From assembly GCA_016927565.1 (NCBI GenBank), contig JAFGMK010000018.1, positions 13,119-77,118 on the forward strand: DNA of 64,000 nucleotides, in the 5' to 3' direction. This document shows, one piece after another, positions 20,178-30,758 of this stretch. Every line of letters starts with the position of its first letter. The stretch's first letter is position 1. Below the pieces are notes generated by a model, which was not told the origin of the DNA, ran no database searches, and was given only the letters and a program-made list of their open reading frames with translations. The translations under genes and the position numbers were made by a program. This stretch comes from Minisyncoccota bacterium (GTDB lineage Bacteria > Patescibacteriota > Microgenomatia > PFEM01 > JAFGMK01).

Positions 20178-21278
20178 CTAAGGAACAGGACTGGTTATTT
20201 CGGGCGGTTTTTCCTCCTGAGGCGCCACTGCTTTGACTAATTTATCGATTTCTGCCTGAGTACTTTCTTCTCCGGTTTCATTAACGGCTTCTTCTGCTCG
20301 GGGAAGAGTGGTGGTAGGAAATGTTTTCGCCGAGACCGGCCGGGAGGGAAGAGTTTGATCTTGAGATGAAGTTTCGATCTGAGGCGGTAGGGAATTTTTA
20401 GTTGAAACCGGTTTGATTGCCGGTGGATTTGGGGCCGAAGAAGAAGCGGGTGCCGGTGTTGGGATTGGCGGCGATGGTGGATTTGGGGCCGGCGGAGCCG
20501 GAGGAAGCGGGGATTCGGGTGTCTGGCCGGATTTTTCTGTCGGTTCGGCGGCGGTTTCAGCCGGAATGACAACCGGAGCCTGAATAAAATTAGCGGCAGG
20601 CTTAACTAAGGGCGTCTCATAATCGGCTGAGGTAGATAAAATCTGCCCGAAGCTGTTGGGATTGTAGATCTCATAAAAAAGCTTGATTAATTCCTGGTTG
20701 TTTAATTGCCTTGATCTTAAACCCAGGCGGTTTAATAGTCTGATGAGATGATCTCTTTTGGGGAATAAGTTGGTTTTGGCTTTGTTTAGGACATAGTCCT
20801 TGGGAAAGGGCAGGCCCCGCTTTTTTTTAAGCTTAGAGCCTAAGTTTTGGCTGATTCCCAGTTCCAAAGATGACATGGGGATAATGATATAAAAACTTTT
20901 TTCCAGGACATTGTTGACCTGGACGGTATTTTGAATAAATTCGTGGTATTTTTGAATTTGAGTCTTAAATTCTTTTTTGACGGTCCTTTTTTCCTGTTCG
21001 GTAATTAATTTCAGGTAGGCGGTGATGTCTTTTCTTTTTGACCGGATTAAAATCTGGATTGAGAAGGTGAGCGAGTTCAGAAGGGCGCCATAAGCATAAA
21101 TGGCGGCATCTTGTTCTTTCTCGGACAAAAGGCCAAAGTTAATCGCAGTGGTGGTAATGATTAAGATGCAGCTGCCGTCCTTGAGAATAACGATGCCTTC
21201 CTTAATGTCTTCAATTTCCAAAAAAGATTGGGTGCTGGCTTTGACTGGGGTGGTGCTGGCAGGTTTTCCTGATTTCAT
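20178..21278 (-). CDS. T4SS-associated protein resembling the VirB4 N-terminal domain, with Pro-rich tail
   Basis: STQSFLEIEDIKEGIVILKDG...INFGLLSEKEQ...LLNSL; lies between prgI and virB4. Confidence 0.7.
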   Translation of the reverse strand: MKSGKPASTTPVKASTQSFLEIEDIKEGIVILKDGSCILIITTTAINFGLLSEKEQDAAIYAYGALLNSLTFSIQILIRSKRKDITAYLKLITEQEKRTVKKEFKTQIQKYHEFIQNTVQVNNVLEKSFYIIIPMSSLELGISQNLGSKLKKKRGLPFPKDYVLNKAKTNLFPKRDHLIRLLNRLGLRSRQLNNQELIKLFYEIYNPNSFGQILSTSADYETPLVKPAANFIQAPVVIPAETAAEPTEKSGQTPESPLPPAPPAPNPPSPPIPTPAPASSSAPNPPAIKPVSTKNSLPPQIETSSQDQTLPSRPVSAKTFPTTTLPRAEEAVNETGEESTQAEIDKLVKAVAPQEEKPPEITSPVP

Positions 21279-22318
21279 TTGGCTCTGATTTCAATGGGAG
21301 GAACAATTTCTCCGGTCAGATTTAACTTGATTATATCAAAAACCAACTCTTCTTTTTCAACCTCGATTTCATAAGTGCCGTTGCTTAAAGGAGTAACAAT
21401 CTGGAATTGGCCGAGGCGATTAGTTCTTAAAGCTCTGACGGGTAAACCCTCTCTGTCTCTGATTTCAATAATTGCATTCTCGACGATTTTGCCTTCCCGG
21501 TTTAAAACCATGCCGACGATAATGTTAGGCTGGGTGGAGGCGTTGGGAATGGGAAGTTCGGTTGAGGTTTTAGCCTGAACGCGGAGCTGGTCTTTTCTAG
21601 GTTTAGACGGCGAAATTTTTATCCGGGGTAATTTGACTGACTTCGGCTTCTTTTTTTCTTGGGTGGGAGGAGCCGGCAGGGAGGTTTTTTTAGCCGTTGG
21701 CGGGAAGCCGATTTTAATAACGGCTGCCTCTGAAGGCGGAGCCGATAATTTACGGGGTTTGATTTTGAGCTGGGGCATGAGCTGGTCGGTGATTTTTAGT
21801 CTTTTGGGTTCAGGAGTGATGGTTGGCGGCAGTTTGGTTGAGGCAAAAAGGTTGTTAATGGATGATAAGGCTGCGGTTTCTTCTTTTTCCGCCTCGGTTT
21901 CAGAAGCCGGGGGTGAAAGAGTATTGAGATATTTTAAAAGATTGGCCTGAGTCAGTTGAGTTGCCGGAGCAGTGGCGGTTTGGGAAATTGGCCGCAATCC
22001 CGGAGTATCTGCTAAAAAGGCAGGCAGTCTTTTTTCCTTTCGCCAGACAAACATCGTGGGGGTGTAAATTGAGTTGATAAAGGCCGTTAGCCATTGGTCC
22101 AGCGGCCGGTCTTCCAGAGGCAGAAATGCCAGAGCAAAACCAAGAAGTCCGAATAAAAGAACAAAAAACCATTTAAATAATCCCGGGATCGGGAGAACAT
22201 AGAAAAAAAGAGCCAGGACCAAGCCGCCGGCCAATTGAGAAAACTGGCGCAAAGTCATATCGCCGATCAGGCGAAATTGATAGGCTGATATCTGCTGAGG
22301 AATCGGGTGTTGTTCCAT
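21275..22318 (-). CDS. PrgI family protein (VirB3-like) with C-terminal carboxypeptidase-regulatory-like beta domain
   Basis: MEQHPIPQQI...FRLIGDMTLRQF, 2 TM, RPLDQWL; C-terminal TNRLGQF...GTYEIEVEK. Confidence 0.85.
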   Translation of the reverse strand: MEQHPIPQQISAYQFRLIGDMTLRQFSQLAGGLVLALFFYVLPIPGLFKWFFVLLFGLLGFALAFLPLEDRPLDQWLTAFINSIYTPTMFVWRKEKRLPAFLADTPGLRPISQTATAPATQLTQANLLKYLNTLSPPASETEAEKEETAALSSINNLFASTKLPPTITPEPKRLKITDQLMPQLKIKPRKLSAPPSEAAVIKIGFPPTAKKTSLPAPPTQEKKKPKSVKLPRIKISPSKPRKDQLRVQAKTSTELPIPNASTQPNIIVGMVLNREGKIVENAIIEIRDREGLPVRALRTNRLGQFQIVTPLSNGTYEIEVEKEELVFDIIKLNLTGEIVPPIEIRAK

Positions 22319-22451
22319 GAGTATTTTACTTTAACATAACCGGCTTTAAGGCTCAATAAGATCTCAGGATTATTTAAGGGTAAAACCCGGGGCTGCCGGG
22401 GTGGTTTGTTTTCTATTTTCTAATTTCCGGTTTTATTGTAATATAAGCCTA

Positions 22452-22985
22452 ATGGTTTCCACCGGAGCTTTGATTATTCTGGCGATTTTGGCCTTGTCTG
22501 TCTTTTTATGGCCGACATATATTATGCTGGCTGATTTAATGGGAGCACCTTACGTGCCGGTTGAGCCGGAAGTAGTTAAACGGATTCTGGAATTGGCGGA
22601 AGTAAAAAAAGGAGAGGTTTTTTATGATCTGGGCTCCGGCGACGGCCGGGTGGTGATTGGAGCAGCTTTAAAAGGAGCTCGGGCTTATGGGGTGGAAATT
22701 GATCCCTTTCGGGCTTGGTATTCGCGGTTTTGGCTGAAGCTTCTGCGCTTAAAGCAAGCCAGGATTATCCGGAAGGACTTCTTTGATGTTGATCTGTCGA
22801 AGGCTGATGTGGTTTGTTTTTTTCTCTTGCCGGAAACGAACAGGAAGCTGGAAAAAAAACTGAGAAGGGAGCTTAAGAAAGGCGCTCGGGTAGTTTCGGT
22901 CAGCTTTCCGGTGCCGGGGTGGCGGCCGGTAGCAGTTGATCCCCGCGGACCGATTTACGGCCCGATCAGGCTTTATCAGGTTTAA
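22452..22985 (+). CDS. Membrane-anchored class I SAM-dependent methyltransferase (FAM173/DOT1-like)
   Basis: N-terminal TM, GAPYVP, YDLGSGDGRV, GVEID, LKKGARVVS. Confidence 0.85.
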   Translation: MVSTGALIILAILALSVFLWPTYIMLADLMGAPYVPVEPEVVKRILELAEVKKGEVFYDLGSGDGRVVIGAALKGARAYGVEIDPFRAWYSRFWLKLLRLKQARIIRKDFFDVDLSKADVVCFFLLPETNRKLEKKLRRELKKGARVVSVSFPVPGWRPVAVDPRGPIYGPIRLYQV

Positions 22986-23054
22986 GGCTGGTTTTTTAAG
23001 CTGATTTTATGTTAAAATTGAAACGCTGGTAGATATTTTAAAAAAAGCAAAAAG

Positions 23055-25574
23055 ATGACAGAACAAGATGGGCTCGATCCTAATCCGGATCGCGGACTTA
23101 AAGAATACTGGGCTCAGCAAGAGGCGAGAGGAGCCCAAGGACCCGGTCGTTTGAGAAGCGCTTACCAGGAAAGTCCTTTCCACACCCGTCTTTTTAACGC
23201 GGAGCGGGAAAGAGTTCCGGAAAGAATACCGGGAGTAATGCGCCGGTCGTTGCACGAGATTTTGGCGGTCCAACTTGAAATATTGGGGGAAGACAGGTGG
23301 TTTGAAGGCCAATTTGGCAATCCTTATGATTTAAAGAGGCTGTTGGATAACCTGGCTTACCAGGCTAGAATCTGGCAAGCACAGTTAAGTCCGGAATTGG
23401 TAAATGAGCTTGGGTTAGATCAGATTTCTCCTCGGGCAATGATTCCCGAACTTCTTCCTGATGGTCGGCCGAGGCCGGGTATTTGGGTAGAGAGGGCTGA
23501 TCCGGTTTACGATCCGATGACATTGGAGCCTATTCCTGACAAATACAAAAGAGTTACTGTTTATCATGAATTTAAAAAGCCGGTGAGTGATGCTCAGCTG
23601 GAGGGGGCGGTTATTGGAGCTGATTATGCTCAGACCTTTCTTAAGGCCTGGTTGACGATGATGGATGATTTTTTGGCCCAGATGAGAATGGGAGGGGATG
23701 CCGGTCGGGCGACAGAGGGGGCAATGCAGGCTGAGTGGAGAGATACAACCCCGATGGGGCTTTTGGCGGTTCTTTTCCGTCGGGAAAATATAGCCTTAAC
23801 TGATGAGTTGGCAAGGGCTTTGACTCCTGCGGTGAAGGCAGCGATTCGGGCAGGTAGAACTAGTGATGAAAGGATAAGAACTGAAGCGGAGAGAGCGTTG
23901 CGATTAATAACGGCCAAAGAGGAGGAGAAAAGGGAAGCAGGGATGGTGCAAAGAGCCTATGAGGGTTGGGAGATTGTGGGGAAAGTTTATAACAAAAATG
24001 GGCTTCAAGGGGCCGGAGTGGTTAACATTTTTAATGAGCCGCCGACTGGAGACCACCGAAAGCACGCCTTAGAGTGGGTGACAGCCAGAGTTTTAGGCCG
24101 GCCTTTGCCGCCCGCCCGCCTGGATCAGCTTAGGGATCCAGGCGTTAAAGCGGCGAAATCAATTGCTTTGGAAGGATTAGCTCTATATCGGTTTTTATGG
24201 GGGGATACCGAGGCGGCCGGGGCCAGAAAACAAAAAGGCGATGGGAGCTGGGATGTAGTTAAAAAAGGGGATCTTTATAATCTTTGGCTTGGTTTGCCGC
24301 CCGGGGCTCCTAAGACTTCGGTTGATGCGGGCAAGGTGACGGCCAGTGATGCTTCAAGACTAGTCCATTTTCCCGGATATGCGGCTGCGCAGGTGACTAA
24401 AAAACATCCTTATTATATGGGTCCGGTTAGTCCGCTTATTTGTGCCTTTCCCAGGTTGACGCTTCAAAATCTTGATCTTTTTGCGGCATATCGGCAAAGC
24501 CGGACAGGCAAAGAACAACGTCTAAGCTTTACCCGGTTGAGAGAAATGGGGGTTGAACTGGCAGAATTGCCTTGGGATGTGAGTAGCTGGGAGGGAGGGC
24601 ATAGATATTTTGACCATGCTTTTGGGACGCCTGAGTCAGAAAAGGCTGAATGGAGAGCGGTTGGTGAGCCGGTTGGACCGCGGGTTGATGGTGATGATGT
24701 GCCGGCGCTTTATCACCACATGCGGGCGTATAAAGATTTTTATGATCCGCTGACGACTAAGGATGTGGCTAAGTTTTGGCAATGGGCTATTGATCCGGCC
24801 CAAATGAATGCCGAAAACAAAGGGATTAATCTTTGGGCTTTAATGATGATGGGCCATCTAAAGGTTACGGATCCAAGCATGGCCGAGAGGTTGGGGCAAT
24901 TTCTTAAGGTTCATAAAAGAGCCGCGGCTTGGTTGAGTAAGCATGGCACTTTAGATAAGTCAAACGAATATCCGGGAAAACGAACTGGTTGGGGAGCAAG
25001 AGGTGTAATAGGGCTTAATACTCCACTAGATCCGGAGGTTCAGACCCTGCAGGGAGCAGGGAATGAAAGTGTAATAAGAACTCTGGCGGAAGAGTTTGTT
25101 GACAAAGGTAGGCGGCGGTTATATTGGACTCAGCAAAGAGGCATGGTAATATGGCCAACCGGAGATGCTCATAAGTTGGAAGAAGAGCTTTTTTACAGAA
25201 TAATCAACCAGCGGCGCGGGGTCAGTCCCAAGGATTCGGGTTGGTGGAGTGATAAGGAGTTGTGGCAGTTGGCGCCACTTTATTCTGATTTGGGAATCGG
25301 GTATCAACAAAGCGAGCTTTTGGGGTTTTTGAACGAGACAGATCCCGGTAAGCCGCAAATTACTGATCCTCGCTTATTGCAGGATTTGGGTTTTACCACT
25401 AAGTTGTCTGATGAACAACTTGATAGTTTGAGTAGAAGGACCAGGACAGTGACAGACCAGAGAGGCGGCCAGAGGCAGGAGCGGGTTTTTAGCGAAGAGG
25501 CTCTTAGGCATTTGGTGTGGCTGGGTCATCCCTTTGATCCCCGCTTGCCCGAGGGATGGATGCCGCCGGTTTAG
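23055..25574 (+). CDS. Large hypothetical soluble protein (839 aa)
   Basis: Long ORF, upstream TGTTAAAAT promoter-like element, no recognisable domain. Confidence 0.75.
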   Translation: MTEQDGLDPNPDRGLKEYWAQQEARGAQGPGRLRSAYQESPFHTRLFNAERERVPERIPGVMRRSLHEILAVQLEILGEDRWFEGQFGNPYDLKRLLDNLAYQARIWQAQLSPELVNELGLDQISPRAMIPELLPDGRPRPGIWVERADPVYDPMTLEPIPDKYKRVTVYHEFKKPVSDAQLEGAVIGADYAQTFLKAWLTMMDDFLAQMRMGGDAGRATEGAMQAEWRDTTPMGLLAVLFRRENIALTDELARALTPAVKAAIRAGRTSDERIRTEAERALRLITAKEEEKREAGMVQRAYEGWEIVGKVYNKNGLQGAGVVNIFNEPPTGDHRKHALEWVTARVLGRPLPPARLDQLRDPGVKAAKSIALEGLALYRFLWGDTEAAGARKQKGDGSWDVVKKGDLYNLWLGLPPGAPKTSVDAGKVTASDASRLVHFPGYAAAQVTKKHPYYMGPVSPLICAFPRLTLQNLDLFAAYRQSRTGKEQRLSFTRLREMGVELAELPWDVSSWEGGHRYFDHAFGTPESEKAEWRAVGEPVGPRVDGDDVPALYHHMRAYKDFYDPLTTKDVAKFWQWAIDPAQMNAENKGINLWALMMMGHLKVTDPSMAERLGQFLKVHKRAAAWLSKHGTLDKSNEYPGKRTGWGARGVIGLNTPLDPEVQTLQGAGNESVIRTLAEEFVDKGRRRLYWTQQRGMVIWPTGDAHKLEEELFYRIINQRRGVSPKDSGWWSDKELWQLAPLYSDLGIGYQQSELLGFLNETDPGKPQITDPRLLQDLGFTTKLSDEQLDSLSRRTRTVTDQRGGQRQERVFSEEALRHLVWLGHPFDPRLPEGWMPPV

Positions 25575-25576
25575 GA

Positions 25577-25741
25577 TTAAAAACGTTTGAGGGTATTTTG
25601 CCAGGCGGTTACCTGGCCTTTTTTTCTTTGTTCTTCCGGGGTTAAAGAACGGGTGGTTTCTTGAGCTTCAAGATTTTGTTTTTCTCGCGCCAATTTAGCA
25701 TCAACTACGCCGAAGATAATATTTTTGACAACATTGTCCAT
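25577..25741 (-). CDS. Small hypothetical protein (54 aa, not in ORF track)
   Basis: MDNVVKNIIFGVVDAKLAREKQNLEAQETTRSLTPEEQRKKGQVTAWQNTLKRF; fills the gap and starts 11 bp after the VirB6-like stop. Confidence 0.5.
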   Translation of the reverse strand: MDNVVKNIIFGVVDAKLAREKQNLEAQETTRSLTPEEQRKKGQVTAWQNTLKRF

Positions 25742-25752
25742 TTTTTTTGCTT

Positions 25753-27402
25753 TTAGCCTCGGAAAAGCCCGCCGATTTGCTGGCCGATCCGCTGGGCGGC
25801 TTGAAGTTTTTTAAGTTTTGCAAATTCGGCTTCATAGGTTGATCCTGCAGGAACATTCCTGACTAATTGTTGCTGGATATCAGCGCGGTGGCCGAGGTAG
25901 CCTTGAGCTCCGCTAGAAATTGGACCAACTGCTTCTCCAATCGCCGTGTCACGGCCGCCCAGACCGGCTTTAAGCATTGATTGAGCCATTTCGGCAATTT
26001 TCGGGGCATAGAAAAACATCCCCAAGCCTAAAATTTGCAATGCGTGTTCTGGAGAAAACTCACCCATTAAAGGCAGGCGGATTTCATGAGCCCGGGCTTC
26101 GAGTCCGATCGGAATTTCGCCTCTGGCACCGCCCATAAAGATTGATGACAGGACAAAAAGAGTTCCGGTGACCGGAAAAGTCACCGCCTGAGCCATTACA
26201 TTTTTGAGCCAGCCGTTAAAGGCTTTAGAGCCCGGGAAAACATCCATGAAGATCCACAGCGGGGCAACAATGGTGTAAAGAACGAGGAAGATAAAAGCTT
26301 TAATGATCATCCAGGTGGTTTTAATTGCTGTCCAAAGCAAAATAGCGGCGAGAATAAACCAGCCGATTACCATTAAACCCTGCTCGGTTAAACCGGCCGG
26401 ACCGCCGAAAACCGCCTGGGCGGCATTAGCCAGACCAACAAAGGAAGCGATAAAGCTGTTCGGCAGGATCCTCCACATTGAGTAGCCAAAAGCACTGCGT
26501 TCCATCAGCCCCCGCCGGAAGCCGTCATAAGCCAGAGTATTGCGGAAATCGCCGACACTGGAAACGATTTCGTAGGCAAAGAGAGTTGAAAACCAGATCA
26601 GATCCATAATCAGACCGACAATAGCGTAAGAAAAAGTGACCAGAAGGAGAGTGATAATCATTTTAGGCAGGGCCTGCTGGATAGTGACTACGGTACGGGG
26701 GTCAAGTTTGGTTCTAAACATTATCATAAAACCAATAATGACGGCGGCGACGGCGAAAAGAGCATAGGCGGCATTTCTGAACACTGTCCACCAGGGGATT
26801 AGTCCGGCCATGGAGTTATAGCCGAAACCCTGAGCCTGAGCCGGTTGTGATAAGCCGACTTTTTGACCCAGCCAGCTGAAATACCGGAAGCCGGAAACCG
26901 GCATTTTTTGAGAAATAAGCCTGGTCATTGTCAGGGTTCTGGTCAGGATGCCGGATTCCAAACCGGCGATTGGCAGGGGCTCTTTATTTTCGACAAACCA
27001 AAGAGCGGCGTCGGCGCAATAGGGAACAACATTTAAACAATCGCCGAAATCAGCAATGTCACCGCTGAAAACTTTATGGCTGCAGAGGACGCCCCAATAA
27101 AGACAGTTAATCAGTTCTATCCGGGTGAGGTAGTAAATCGGAATTCCCAAAAAAAGAGCTTTAAAGGTTTCGGAAACAAAGCTTTCCAAATTCATTTCCG
27201 GCGATTCAAGAGCGGGGTGGAAAACATCGGCGTAGTATTCTAACAAACCGGTTTCAGTATCGCCGATTACGCCGAGGAAATTAATGGCTTTGAAAGGGGT
27301 GGAGTCGTAAGCAAGTGCCGGTTTGGCAGATAGAGGCAATAAAATGACCAGCAGAAGAAGCGCCAGTCCTCTTTTCAGCTTTGCCAATTTTTTCAGGATC
27401 AT
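25753..27402 (-). CDS. VirB6/TrbL-like polytopic membrane protein
   Basis: WTVFRNAAY...GFMIMFR, QQALPKMIITLLLVTFSYAIVG, IVAPLWI...FPG...FNGWLKN; T4SS context. Confidence 0.75.
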   Translation of the reverse strand: MILKKLAKLKRGLALLLLVILLPLSAKPALAYDSTPFKAINFLGVIGDTETGLLEYYADVFHPALESPEMNLESFVSETFKALFLGIPIYYLTRIELINCLYWGVLCSHKVFSGDIADFGDCLNVVPYCADAALWFVENKEPLPIAGLESGILTRTLTMTRLISQKMPVSGFRYFSWLGQKVGLSQPAQAQGFGYNSMAGLIPWWTVFRNAAYALFAVAAVIIGFMIMFRTKLDPRTVVTIQQALPKMIITLLLVTFSYAIVGLIMDLIWFSTLFAYEIVSSVGDFRNTLAYDGFRRGLMERSAFGYSMWRILPNSFIASFVGLANAAQAVFGGPAGLTEQGLMVIGWFILAAILLWTAIKTTWMIIKAFIFLVLYTIVAPLWIFMDVFPGSKAFNGWLKNVMAQAVTFPVTGTLFVLSSIFMGGARGEIPIGLEARAHEIRLPLMGEFSPEHALQILGLGMFFYAPKIAEMAQSMLKAGLGGRDTAIGEAVGPISSGAQGYLGHRADIQQQLVRNVPAGSTYEAEFAKLKKLQAAQRIGQQIGGLFRG

Positions 27403-27443
27403 ATAGTTTAAGTTTAACAACTTCTAAATTAAAAAGCAAGAGT

Positions 27444-30400
27444 TCAAAACTTAACCATTTCTTTGGGTACCATTTCATTCATGAAGTATTTCCGGAAAAC
27501 ATCAACCGCGCCGATATAGGGATAGTAAAATCTGGCCTGAGTATCGTTGATGCTTTCCCAGCCTCTAAAATCCCGGCCGAGAGAGTCTTTAGTCGGCGGT
27601 TCCCCTCCGGGGGCATTTTCGCCGCAGCCGTCGCTGTGGCAAATTCTTTCGCTGTCTTCGCAATCCGGATCATTGAGGCATTCGTCGCAGTTGCAATTGG
27701 CTTCGCAGTTGGGGGCCGGGTTGCCGCCGCATGGAGTGCCGCAGCTGTCTGTTCCCGCGCAGTAGTCAATGCAGCGATTTTCTTCGCAGACACATTCAGT
27801 GCCGGCGCATTCCCGCCGCACAATGAAAAAACCTGCCGTTCCGCCGCAATTAAAAGAATCATAAACATCGCTGGCCATGCACATCGGGTTGTTGTCCCAA
27901 CTGAAATTTCCGAGAGGACAGAAGTTAAGCTCGTTTATATCCGGTTCGAGGCCGCATTCCCGATCCTCAAAAGCTTCGCAACAGCCCCAGTGGGTTTGGG
28001 GGTTTTCTTCTCTTTCGAGATTATTGTCGTATTCGTAACTGGCGGGGCCGTAGCCTGGCAGTTCATACCAGAGCAACCGGCCCCCGGCGACTTCTTTGAT
28101 TAAACCGATGATGTTCTCAGTATAGAATTGAGGTAACATCAGCCGGAAAAGGCCGGCGGGGCCAATCGTTCTTTTGGCAATTTCCCTCAGATAGGGGATT
28201 TTGGTGGTGATCCAGGCATGAGGCCATTCAGGAGTTTCCCAGGTGTTGCGGGAAAAGACGCTGGTGTGGCGTTCGGGGAAGACGCAGGAAGGTTCAGAAT
28301 CACAGCCCCAGTCGCCGGCACCAGCTTCTACTTCATCATACCATTCGTTGTAAAATTCAATGCCCCGATCAGTGTACCCCGGCGCATCTCCGGCGATAAC
28401 ATCATTGGCCAGGGCATTGCCGGGTCCGCCGCGTACTACGCTGTTGACATTGCAATTTAAAAATTGAGAAAAAGGATTGTCCAGGGCCAGGGTGGTCATT
28501 GAGCCGTCGTTTCCCCAATACTCTTCCGAGTCGCGGTTTTGATAAACGAAGGGAGTCAGGGGCATTGCCGCCCATTCCGAAAGCTCTTTAGATTCCGGAA
28601 TATGGGGAATATAGATCATCTGAACATAGTGGAGCTCATAAAGAGGCTCGCCGCTGATTTCAGAAGCGACTCTTTCCGGCGGATTGCCCAGCCAGAGCTC
28701 AAGCCAGTAGTAGCCGTCGTGGTTGTTAACGGCGTCGTAAAGATAATCAATCGGAAGGGAAGAGGGAACGGTAATTTCCCGGAGGCGAGAGGTGTAATTT
28801 TCGCCGGGAATGTCGATATTAGCCGGGTCGGGCCAGATGCTGGTTACTCCCAGATCGACAAAAGCGGGGGCGTCCTCTTTTGAAGCCAGAGGAAAATAGT
28901 GGAGCCAGGCGGTCTTTTGGTCACCGGTCAGCGGCAGGGAAATGCCGCTGGGCAAGTCGGACAAAGTGATATCTTTGTAGAGGTGATAATCGTGAACCGG
29001 ATCATTGGAAATCAGCCGGCTATAGTTATTCTTTAGAATCTGGTCCTGCCAGCCCGGTTCGCAGACCCGGTCCGAGCTGTTTCCCATTCGGCATCGGATA
29101 AACTGCCTCCTATAGGCATTATCCCGCAGGATGGGATCGGGAAACAGTTTTCTGATCGGTCCGCTTTCATTTTGAATCCGGCGGTATTCTTTTTCCTGGT
29201 CTTCGAAATCAGCGTTCCGGTTATCCTTAACTTCTTCACCGTCAAAATAAACCGTTCCCCGTAAGAAATCGCTTAGGAAAAAGGACATTCTTTCCGTATA
29301 ATCTGCAAATTGGCGGGAGGCAGTTTCGCTGTTCCCCAAAAATGGAATTTGGGTGGCGCGGACGCTGTCGATCCATTGAGTTTTGATCTCGCCGAGCAAT
29401 TCGAAGTAGTGAGTTAAACCGTTTGGCTCATCCGGAAGGGGGAACCAATCCAGATTATCAGTGATCTCAGGTGCCGGGTTGCAGTAAACGGTAATTTGAT
29501 TATCATTGTCAAGTTTAGTCAGGTCGTAGCAATTGGCCGCACCCCGGCGGGCATCGGCATCGCCCGGAAAAGGACGCCAGGGGGATCGGTCGTTATAGAG
29601 ATCGCCCAAGCTTTTTCTGCAAGGAATTCCTTCGCCATAGACCGGCGGTCGGGCCCATTCGGTATTGCGTTTCGGGGGTAATTCAATTGGTCCCATTGAG
29701 CCTCTCTCGCTTTCGCTAACCAGTTCACAACCATCGGTTAATTCTTCGTTGTTGAAGGTGTAGAAGCGAATGTCGCTCAAATTTGGAGCAGAGGCCGACC
29801 AGCCGAAGGTGGCGCCGGTACACATGTCTAAGGGAAGAGGGGTGACGGCAATAAAACCGTCTGCTTGGAAATATTTGCTTCCGTGTTGGATCAGATCAAC
29901 ATAGAAACTGTAATAATTGCTTGGGGGGAGAGAGGGATTGGGGCCGTATTCGGTAAGGATTCTTGGTTTATTAGTGTTGATGCCAAAACTATTCATCACT
30001 CCGATTTCCCAACGCCAAGAACGCCTCCCAAAAGGGTCCTCGGCACAATCAGGTCCGCAATTGGGGTTGTCATAAGCGACAAAGGCAAGAACTTGCAGGC
30101 TGTTTAAAACCGCTAAGCCGTCAGGAGCGTCAGCAGCATACTGCCAGAATCGATCAGCACTGCCGCAGTGGGTGCAGAGGGGAGCATTAGCGGCCCGGAA
30201 GTTGCCTTGACGGGTAGTGAATTCTTTTAAAAGCCTGATGTAGTCGGCGGTAACTTTTCGGAAACTAGCTTCATCTTTGTCAATATGGGTTCCTCCCCAT
30301 TCGTCATAAACATTAGGTTCATTGAGGACGCTGATAATTGGGATCCAACCGTCAGGAAAACTGACATTAGCCTCAGCAATACCGGCAGAAAGGCCTGTAG

Positions 30401-30758
30401 CGGCAGCAACAGCCTCTTCTTGAGTCATAATTGCCCAGTGTCCGCTTTGAGTGCGGGTGACGAGCCTGATGATAGGTAAAAAATGGAGGCTGTGAAGATC
30501 GTGGATTAAGCTGGCAACATGATCCGGGTCAGCCGCGCGATCGACACCGACCATAAGAGTGACCGGGACCCAATCGGCTCCCAAGTTGTTGGATCGTTCT
30601 CGGACAGTTTGAAAAAATCCCCGATCGCTATTATTAATCAGGTGAGTTCCAAGCATTTGCCGGGATTCGCCATAAACGTGATTGGGGAAAACCCCGCTGA
30701 GAATTAAGCCGGAAAGAACTAAAAAGCTCCTCACAAGCCAAGTTTTGATGAGTTTCAT
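27444..30758 (-). CDS. Secreted protein with GH-A clan glycoside-hydrolase-like N-terminus and Cys-rich C-terminus
   Basis: Signal peptide from ATG 30758; VLNEPN and ILTEYG motifs; more than 20 Cys in the last ~230 aa. Confidence 0.7.
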   Translation of the reverse strand: MKLIKTWLVRSFLVLSGLILSGVFPNHVYGESRQMLGTHLINNSDRGFFQTVRERSNNLGADWVPVTLMVGVDRAADPDHVASLIHDLHSLHFLPIIRLVTRTQSGHWAIMTQEEAVAAATGLSAGIAEANVSFPDGWIPIISVLNEPNVYDEWGGTHIDKDEASFRKVTADYIRLLKEFTTRQGNFRAANAPLCTHCGSADRFWQYAADAPDGLAVLNSLQVLAFVAYDNPNCGPDCAEDPFGRRSWRWEIGVMNSFGINTNKPRILTEYGPNPSLPPSNYYSFYVDLIQHGSKYFQADGFIAVTPLPLDMCTGATFGWSASAPNLSDIRFYTFNNEELTDGCELVSESERGSMGPIELPPKRNTEWARPPVYGEGIPCRKSLGDLYNDRSPWRPFPGDADARRGAANCYDLTKLDNDNQITVYCNPAPEITDNLDWFPLPDEPNGLTHYFELLGEIKTQWIDSVRATQIPFLGNSETASRQFADYTERMSFFLSDFLRGTVYFDGEEVKDNRNADFEDQEKEYRRIQNESGPIRKLFPDPILRDNAYRRQFIRCRMGNSSDRVCEPGWQDQILKNNYSRLISNDPVHDYHLYKDITLSDLPSGISLPLTGDQKTAWLHYFPLASKEDAPAFVDLGVTSIWPDPANIDIPGENYTSRLREITVPSSLPIDYLYDAVNNHDGYYWLELWLGNPPERVASEISGEPLYELHYVQMIYIPHIPESKELSEWAAMPLTPFVYQNRDSEEYWGNDGSMTTLALDNPFSQFLNCNVNSVVRGGPGNALANDVIAGDAPGYTDRGIEFYNEWYDEVEAGAGDWGCDSEPSCVFPERHTSVFSRNTWETPEWPHAWITTKIPYLREIAKRTIGPAGLFRLMLPQFYTENIIGLIKEVAGGRLLWYELPGYGPASYEYDNNLEREENPQTHWGCCEAFEDRECGLEPDINELNFCPLGNFSWDNNPMCMASDVYDSFNCGGTAGFFIVRRECAGTECVCEENRCIDYCAGTDSCGTPCGGNPAPNCEANCNCDECLNDPDCEDSERICHSDGCGENAPGGEPPTKDSLGRDFRGWESINDTQARFYYPYIGAVDVFRKYFMNEMVPKEMVKF

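Noticed and set aside
27381-28103. 240-aa plus-strand ORF
   Set aside because: Antisense shadow of the Cys-rich coding region.
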